A stretch of DNA of 34,035 nt from Actinomycetota bacterium (GTDB lineage: Bacteria; Actinomycetota; Thermoleophilia; Miltoncostaeales; Miltoncostaeaceae). The stretch covers positions 1 through 34,035 of the forward strand of contig SXZC01000112.1 in assembly GCA_005788075.1 (NCBI GenBank), written 5' to 3'. Position 1 is the first letter of the stretch. Every line of letters starts with the position of its first letter. The position numbers and the translations under genes were made by a program. Shown here in pieces: positions 30,449-34,035 of the stretch. The notes beneath the pieces were generated by a model. That model worked only from the letters and a program-made list of their open reading frames with translations, did not search any database and had not been told where the DNA came from.

Positions 30449-31449
30449 CCGACCCGATCGCATCCATCCTCAAGTCGTGGGGAGAGCCCGCCTACCGCCT
30501 CAAGCAGGTGGACGACGCCCGGCGCGCCGGCGCCCGCGACTGGGATGAGGTGACCACCCTGCCCAAGGACCTCCGCGCGCGGCTCGCCGAGGTCGCACCG
30601 CTCTGGACGGTCACCCCCGACGCCGTGGCCGAGAGCCGCGACGGCACCATCAAGTGGCGCCTGCGCACCGCCGACGGGCTGGCGATCGAGAGCGTGCTCA
30701 TCAAGCACGCGCGCGGCCGCCGCACGTTGTGCGTGTCGAGCCAGGCCGGGTGCGCCCTGGGCTGCCGCTTCTGCGCCACCGGGGCGATGGGCCCGGGCCG
30801 CGACCTCACCGCCCGCGAGATCGCCGACCAGGCGTTCCTCGCCGCCGACGTTGCCCGCGAGGCCGATGCGCGCCTGAGCAACGTGGTGTTCATGGGCATG
30901 GGCGAGCCGCTGCAGAACACCCCCGCCGTCTTCGGCGCCATCCGCGAGATGCACTCGCCCGACGGCCTCGGCATCTCGGCCCGCTCCATCGCCGTCTCCA
31001 CCGCGGGCTGGGTCCCCGGCATCGAGGAGCTGGTCGCCTTCGACGTGCCCGTGCGCCTCGCCCTCTCGCTCCACGCCGCCGACGACGACACCCGCACGGC
31101 GCTCATGCCCATCAACAACCGCTGGCCCATCGCCAACGTCCTCGCCGCCTGCCGTCGCTACGCCGACCGCACGGGTCGCCGCGTGTTCATCGAGTACCTG
31201 CTGCTCGACGGCATCAACGACTCGGTCTCCGACGCCCGACGGCTCGCCACGCAGCTTCGCGATGGGCGCTTCCACGTGAACCTCATCGAGTACAACGCCA
31301 CGAGCGGTCCGTACCGCGGGTCGTCCCCCGATCGCGCCCGCGGGTTCGCCGAGGCGCTCCAGGAGGCCGGGCTGCATCCTTCGTTCCGGCGCTCACGCGG
31401 CGCCGACATCGCCGCTGCCTGCGGGCAGCTCGCCAACACCGGCGCCTAG
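30445..31449 (+). CDS. rlmN: radical-SAM 23S rRNA/tRNA adenine-C2 methyltransferase (RlmN/Cfr family)
   Basis: Real part of ORF 29770..31449, from ATG 30445 (MTDPIASILKSWGEPAYRLKQ). There is an ATGA overlap with the MFS stop. Motifs are DGTIKW, TLCVSSQAGCALGCRFCATG (CxxxCxxC), MGMGEPL, LALSLHA and RGADIAAACGQLA. Confidence 0.9.
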   Translation: MTDPIASILKSWGEPAYRLKQVDDARRAGARDWDEVTTLPKDLRARLAEVAPLWTVTPDAVAESRDGTIKWRLRTADGLAIESVLIKHARGRRTLCVSSQAGCALGCRFCATGAMGPGRDLTAREIADQAFLAADVAREADARLSNVVFMGMGEPLQNTPAVFGAIREMHSPDGLGISARSIAVSTAGWVPGIEELVAFDVPVRLALSLHAADDDTRTALMPINNRWPIANVLAACRRYADRTGRRVFIEYLLLDGINDSVSDARRLATQLRDGRFHVNLIEYNATSGPYRGSSPDRARGFAEALQEAGLHPSFRRSRGADIAAACGQLANTGA

Positions 31450-31476
31450 GGGTAAACCCCGTTTCCGGAATCGGAC

Positions 31477-31586
31477 GGGTTCCCGCATCGGGGTGGCGGG
31501 CACTCGCCGAAGCGGGATTGGCATTTGCGGGGGCCGCAAATGCAGGATCCCCGGCTGCGATCCCCGCCACCCCGATGCGGGAACCC
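31477..31586. repeat. roughly 110-bp nested inverted repeat between convergent genes (possible bidirectional terminator or REP/MITE-like element)
   Basis: The outer arms GGGTTCCCGCATCGGGGTGGCGGG (31477-31500) and CCCGCCACCCCGATGCGGGAACCC (31563-31586) are perfectly complementary over 24 bp. The inner hairpin is GCATTTGCGG-ggg-CCGCAAATGC (31521-31543, 10 bp). The segments between them are partly complementary (GGGAT/ATCCC, GCCG/CGGC, TCGC/GCGA). Confidence 0.85.
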
Positions 31587-31618
31587 CCTCGGTGCCAGCG
31601 GGCCCTGGGGGCCGCGTG

Positions 31619-31906
31619 TCAGGCTTGGAGGGCCTCGGCTCCCGGTGCCGCGAGCACCACGTCGTACTCGCGCACGTCGTACTCGGCGACGCCCTCGGTG
31701 ACGTAAGGGTCGGCGGCGATCATGGCGTCCACCTCATCGCGTGTGACGCCCGTCGCGACCAGGAGGCCTCCCTGCAGGGGGACCTCCCGGCCGGCGGCGA
31801 TGAATCGTCCCGCTTCTGCGTGCTCGCGCACCCAGGCGCGGTGGGCGTCGAGGTGCACCTCCACCTCATCCACCGGCTTCAGGTAGCGGCCGAGCAGCAG
31901 GAACAT
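31619..31906 (-). CDS. YciI-family protein
   Basis: ORF 31619..31906. The sequence MFLLLGRYLKPVDEVEVHLDAHRAWVREHAEAGRFIAAG...DPYVTEGVAEYDV has the YCII-domain pattern and size (95 aa). Confidence 0.75.
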   Translation of the reverse strand: MFLLLGRYLKPVDEVEVHLDAHRAWVREHAEAGRFIAAGREVPLQGGLLVATGVTRDEVDAMIAADPYVTEGVAEYDVREYDVVLAAPGAEALQA

Positions 31907-31913
31907 CCGGCGC

Positions 31914-32372
31914 CTACGACTTGCAGGTGGCCAGCGAGGCGATGAGGCGGTCCATGTCGGGCGTCTCGAGCGGGGCCACCTGGTCGACGTCCACGATGAT
32001 GCCGTTGGCGTCGATCACGAAGGTCGCGCGGCCGGACACGCCCGCCTGGTCGAGGAAGACGTCGTATGCCTTGGCGACCTCGCCGCGGGGGTGGAAGTCG
32101 GCAAGGAAGTGCACCTCGTTGGCCTTCATCTGCTGCTTGAAGGCGGTGAGCGACCACTTGTTGTCGACGCTGATGCCGATGACCACGGCGCCCTCGTAGG
32201 GGCTCCCGTCACCGGCGATGCCCGTGAACCAGTCCACGCAGACCGGCGAGAACGCGGCCGGGAAGAAGTTCAGGTATACCGGCGTGCCGCGGAACTGCGA
32301 CAGGGTCACCTCCTCGCCGTCGGTGCTGACGAGCGTGAAGTCAGGTGCCTCGGTGCCGATCTCGAGAGCCAT
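31914..32372 (-). CDS. ahpE: 1-Cys peroxiredoxin, AhpE-like (AhpC/TSA family)
   Basis: ORF 31914..32372. Matching segments are GTEAPDFTL, NFFPAAFSPVC (peroxidatic Cys) and LADFHPRGEVAKAYDVFLDQAGVSGRATFVIDANGII. This last segment closely parallels my recollection of M. tuberculosis AhpE (LLSDFWPHGAVSQAYGVFNEQAGIANRGTFVVDRSGII). An AGGAG Shine-Dalgarno lies upstream. Confidence 0.85.
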   Translation of the reverse strand: MALEIGTEAPDFTLVSTDGEEVTLSQFRGTPVYLNFFPAAFSPVCVDWFTGIAGDGSPYEGAVVIGISVDNKWSLTAFKQQMKANEVHFLADFHPRGEVAKAYDVFLDQAGVSGRATFVIDANGIIVDVDQVAPLETPDMDRLIASLATCKS

Positions 32373-32523
32373 GGGTACTCCTGCTGATTGATGTGTTGGC
32401 GGGAACGATCACGCAGCGTACCTGCCCGGTAGCCGAGGTCGGCAGGGCTGTGGCGCCGCGCGGCGAAAAGCCGCGCACGTCCCTATTCGGGGAGCACCCC
32501 TACCTCTATATCCGGAGCACCTC

Positions 32524-33003
32524 ATGAACCAGAAGAAGGCCGCGGGCTTCCTCATGGGCCTTACCTACGCATTCGGTGCCCTCGGCATCGGCCTCGCGTT
32601 CTCCACGGCATTCCAGCCCAACCCGGACCTGCGCTGGGGGTGCCTGTTCGCGGTGGGCGTGGCCGGGATCCTCTCGTTCGTGCGCCACTCGCTCCTGCAT
32701 CGCGGCGACGCCGAGCGCATGGGCTGGGACAGCGGCACCACCAATCCGTTCCAGATCGAGGTCGGGCTGGCCAACCTGGCGTGGGGCGTGCTGGCCGTCG
32801 TGGCCGTGGTGCTCTCGTGGGGGCTCGCCGCCTACTCGGCGTGCTTCCTGGTGTTCGGCTTCTACATGGCCTTCGTCACGGCCTACAAGGCGATCCGCGC
32901 GGGGAGCGGCCACCCGAAGGAGTGGGGCACCGTCTTCCCGGCCGCAGCCTTCGCGACGGTGCTCATCATCATCGGCGCGGCGGGCTTCTCAGCGCTTCCG
33001 TAG
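32524..33003 (+). CDS. small 4-TM membrane protein, hypothetical
   Basis: ORF 32524..33003. The ATG has a GGAG 6 nt upstream. There are four hydrophobic helices. No family was recognised. Confidence 0.55.
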   Translation: MNQKKAAGFLMGLTYAFGALGIGLAFSTAFQPNPDLRWGCLFAVGVAGILSFVRHSLLHRGDAERMGWDSGTTNPFQIEVGLANLAWGVLAVVAVVLSWGLAAYSACFLVFGFYMAFVTAYKAIRAGSGHPKEWGTVFPAAAFATVLIIIGAAGFSALP

Positions 33004-33010
33004 GGGCGGG

Positions 33011-33030
33011 GCGGCGCCGACCGGCGCCGC
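33011..33030. terminator. GC hairpin between convergent genes (candidate bidirectional terminator, no U-tract)
   Basis: GCGGCGCC-gacc-GGCGCCGC has an 8-bp perfect stem. It lies in the 32-bp gap between the stop at 33003 (+) and the lon stop at 33036 (-). Confidence 0.35.
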
Positions 33031-33035
33031 GGGGG

Positions 33036-34035
33036 TCAACCCGGGATCGCCACCGGGATGACGTCGGAGATGTCGCGGGCCAGCACCACGGTCACCTGCT
33101 CGCGCGCCTCGTCGGAGAGCTCCTCGAGCTGGTCCTCGTTGTCGGCCGGGATGATCACCGTGGTGATGCCGGCGCGAAGCGCGGCCAGCACCTTGTCGCG
33201 CACGCCGCCAATGGGCAGCACCTGGCCCATGAGCGGGATCTCGCCGGTCATCGCCACGTCGGCGCTCACGGTGCGGCCGGAGATCGCCGACACCAGGGCC
33301 GTGGCGATGGTGATGCCCGCCGACGGGCCATCCTTGGGGATCGCCCCGGCGGGCACGTGCACGTGGATGTCGTGGTCACCGAAGTAGTCCTCGGGCAGGT
33401 CCAGGCCGAACTCGCCGGCGCGGGCGCGCACGCACGTGAGCGCGGCGCGCACCGACTCCCGCATCACCTCGCCCAGCTGACCCGTGACGACCAGGGCGCC
33501 CTTGCCCGGCATCACGCTGGCCTCCACGAAGAGGATGTCGCCGCCCGCGCCGGTGACGGCCAGGCCGGTGGCCACCCCCGGCTCGGCCGTGCGGCGCCGG
33601 GCCTCGGGGTGCATGCGCTCGGGCCCGAGCATGTCGCGCGCCTCGTCTGGCCCGATCACGCGGGTTCCCTCCCGGCCCTCGGCGATGTCCAGCGCGGCGC
33701 GGCGCAGCAGGGCGCCGATTCGCCGCTCGAGCCCGCGCACGCCCGCCTCGCGGGTGTACTCGGAGATCACCACCTGCAGCGCGGCGTCGGTGATGTCCAC
33801 GGCGTCGGCCGGCACGCCGGTGGCCTCGAGCTGGCGAGGAATCAGGTACTGCCGCGCGATGTGCACCTTGTCGTCGTCGGTGTAGCCCGACAGGCTGATG
33901 AGCTCCATGCGGTCGAGCAGCGGCCGCGGGATGGTGTCGAGCACGTTGGCCGTGCAGATGAAGAGCACCTTCGACAGGTCGAGCGGCAGGTCGAGGTAGG
34001 GGTCGCGGAACGTCGCGTTCTGCGCCGGGTCGAGC
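33036..34035 (-). CDS. lon: Lon protease (endopeptidase La), C-terminal part; the 5' end lies beyond the window end
   Basis: ORF 33036..33968 begins at an internal GTG. The frame stays open to the window edge, where my translation of 34034-33969 gives LDPAQNATFRDPYLDLPLDLSK. Motifs are FICTAN, PLLDRMELISLSGYT, YTREAGVRGLER, PKDGPSAGITIATALVSA (catalytic Ser) and GEIPLMGQVLPIGGVRDKVLAALRAG (catalytic Lys). Confidence 0.95.
   Translation of the reverse strand, partial: LDPAQNATFRDPYLDLPLDLSKVLFICTANVLDTIPRPLLDRMELISLSGYTDDDKVHIARQYLIPRQLEATGVPADAVDITDAALQVVISEYTREAGVRGLERRIGALLRRAALDIAEGREGTRVIGPDEARDMLGPERMHPEARRRTAEPGVATGLAVTGAGGDILFVEASVMPGKGALVVTGQLGEVMRESVRAALTCVRARAGEFGLDLPEDYFGDHDIHVHVPAGAIPKDGPSAGITIATALVSAISGRTVSADVAMTGEIPLMGQVLPIGGVRDKVLAALRAGITTVIIPADNEDQLEELSDEAREQVTVVLARDISDVIPVAIPG

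Noticed and set aside
30445-31449. Calling the radical-SAM gene cfr (a resistance gene) outright
   Set aside because: All the motifs I can see (CxxxCxxC, the TLCVSSQ Cys, the AACGQL Cys) are shared by RlmN and Cfr. Without a phylogeny the conservative call is rlmN. The context oddity is reported only as a finding.
31477-31586. Long imperfect palindrome considered as an integron attC site or a transposon terminal inverted repeat pair
   Set aside because: There is no integrase, transposase, cassette-like ORF or target-site duplication in the window. The arms enclose only about 60 bp with no coding capacity. It is kept as an unexplained palindrome, not called a mobile element.
1-34035. Search for tRNA, rRNA, prophage, toxin-antitoxin or known defence-system genes
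   Set aside because: No intergenic region longer than about 170 bp exists. None of them has a tRNA-like cloverleaf or rRNA-like sequence. No nuclease, helicase, ATPase, integrase or transposase-type proteins were recognised among the credible ORFs.

Overview
Very GC-rich, actinobacterium-like chromosomal segment; third codon positions are almost all G/C. I call about 34 protein genes. I saw no rRNA, tRNA, CRISPR array, transposase or integrase. Most of the long Arg/Ala/Gly/Pro-rich ORFs in the track are antisense or off-frame shadows. Real genes were picked by protein plausibility, GC3 phasing and stop/start coupling (ATGA, GTGA, TGATG).

Layout:
(1) Positions 1-19657 form a bidirectional cell-envelope glycan locus that diverges from a 60-bp intergenic region (12772-12831).
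- Minus strand: otsA, then a tightly coupled 10-gene operon. Its genes are a secreted beta-propeller-like protein, a clan GH-A glycoside hydrolase, a SAM methyltransferase, a FlgD-Ig-like protein, two [Wzy_C-like + GT4] pairs, an ATP-grasp ligase and a deacetylase-like protein.
- Plus strand: a catalytically dead M28 peptidase domain fused to a polytopic membrane domain, a GT2 polyprenol-phosphate glycosyltransferase, a GT-B glycosyltransferase, a flippase-like LPG_synthase_TM protein, a DUF2079 membrane protein and a small membrane protein.
(2) A class A PBP with a Pro/Ala/Thr tail, preceded by a coupled membrane-anchored partner.
(3) A HAD hydrolase coupled to two tandem paralogous polytopic membrane proteins.
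(4) A trxB-trxA(CGSC)-fmdB-csoR/cstR-like operon, with CsoR-type GC-tract palindromes in the two nearest promoter regions.
(5) An MFS(DHA2)-MFS-rlmN operon.
(6) A roughly 110-bp nested palindrome between convergent genes.
(7) yciI-ahpE, a small membrane protein, and the 3' part of lon, cut by the window end.

The best candidates for something undescribed are the pseudo-M28/GT2/GT/flippase-like/DUF2079 module within the glycan locus, and the thioredoxin-FmdB-CstR-like operon with its putative operators. All family assignments come from motif recognition by eye and need HMM or BLAST confirmation.
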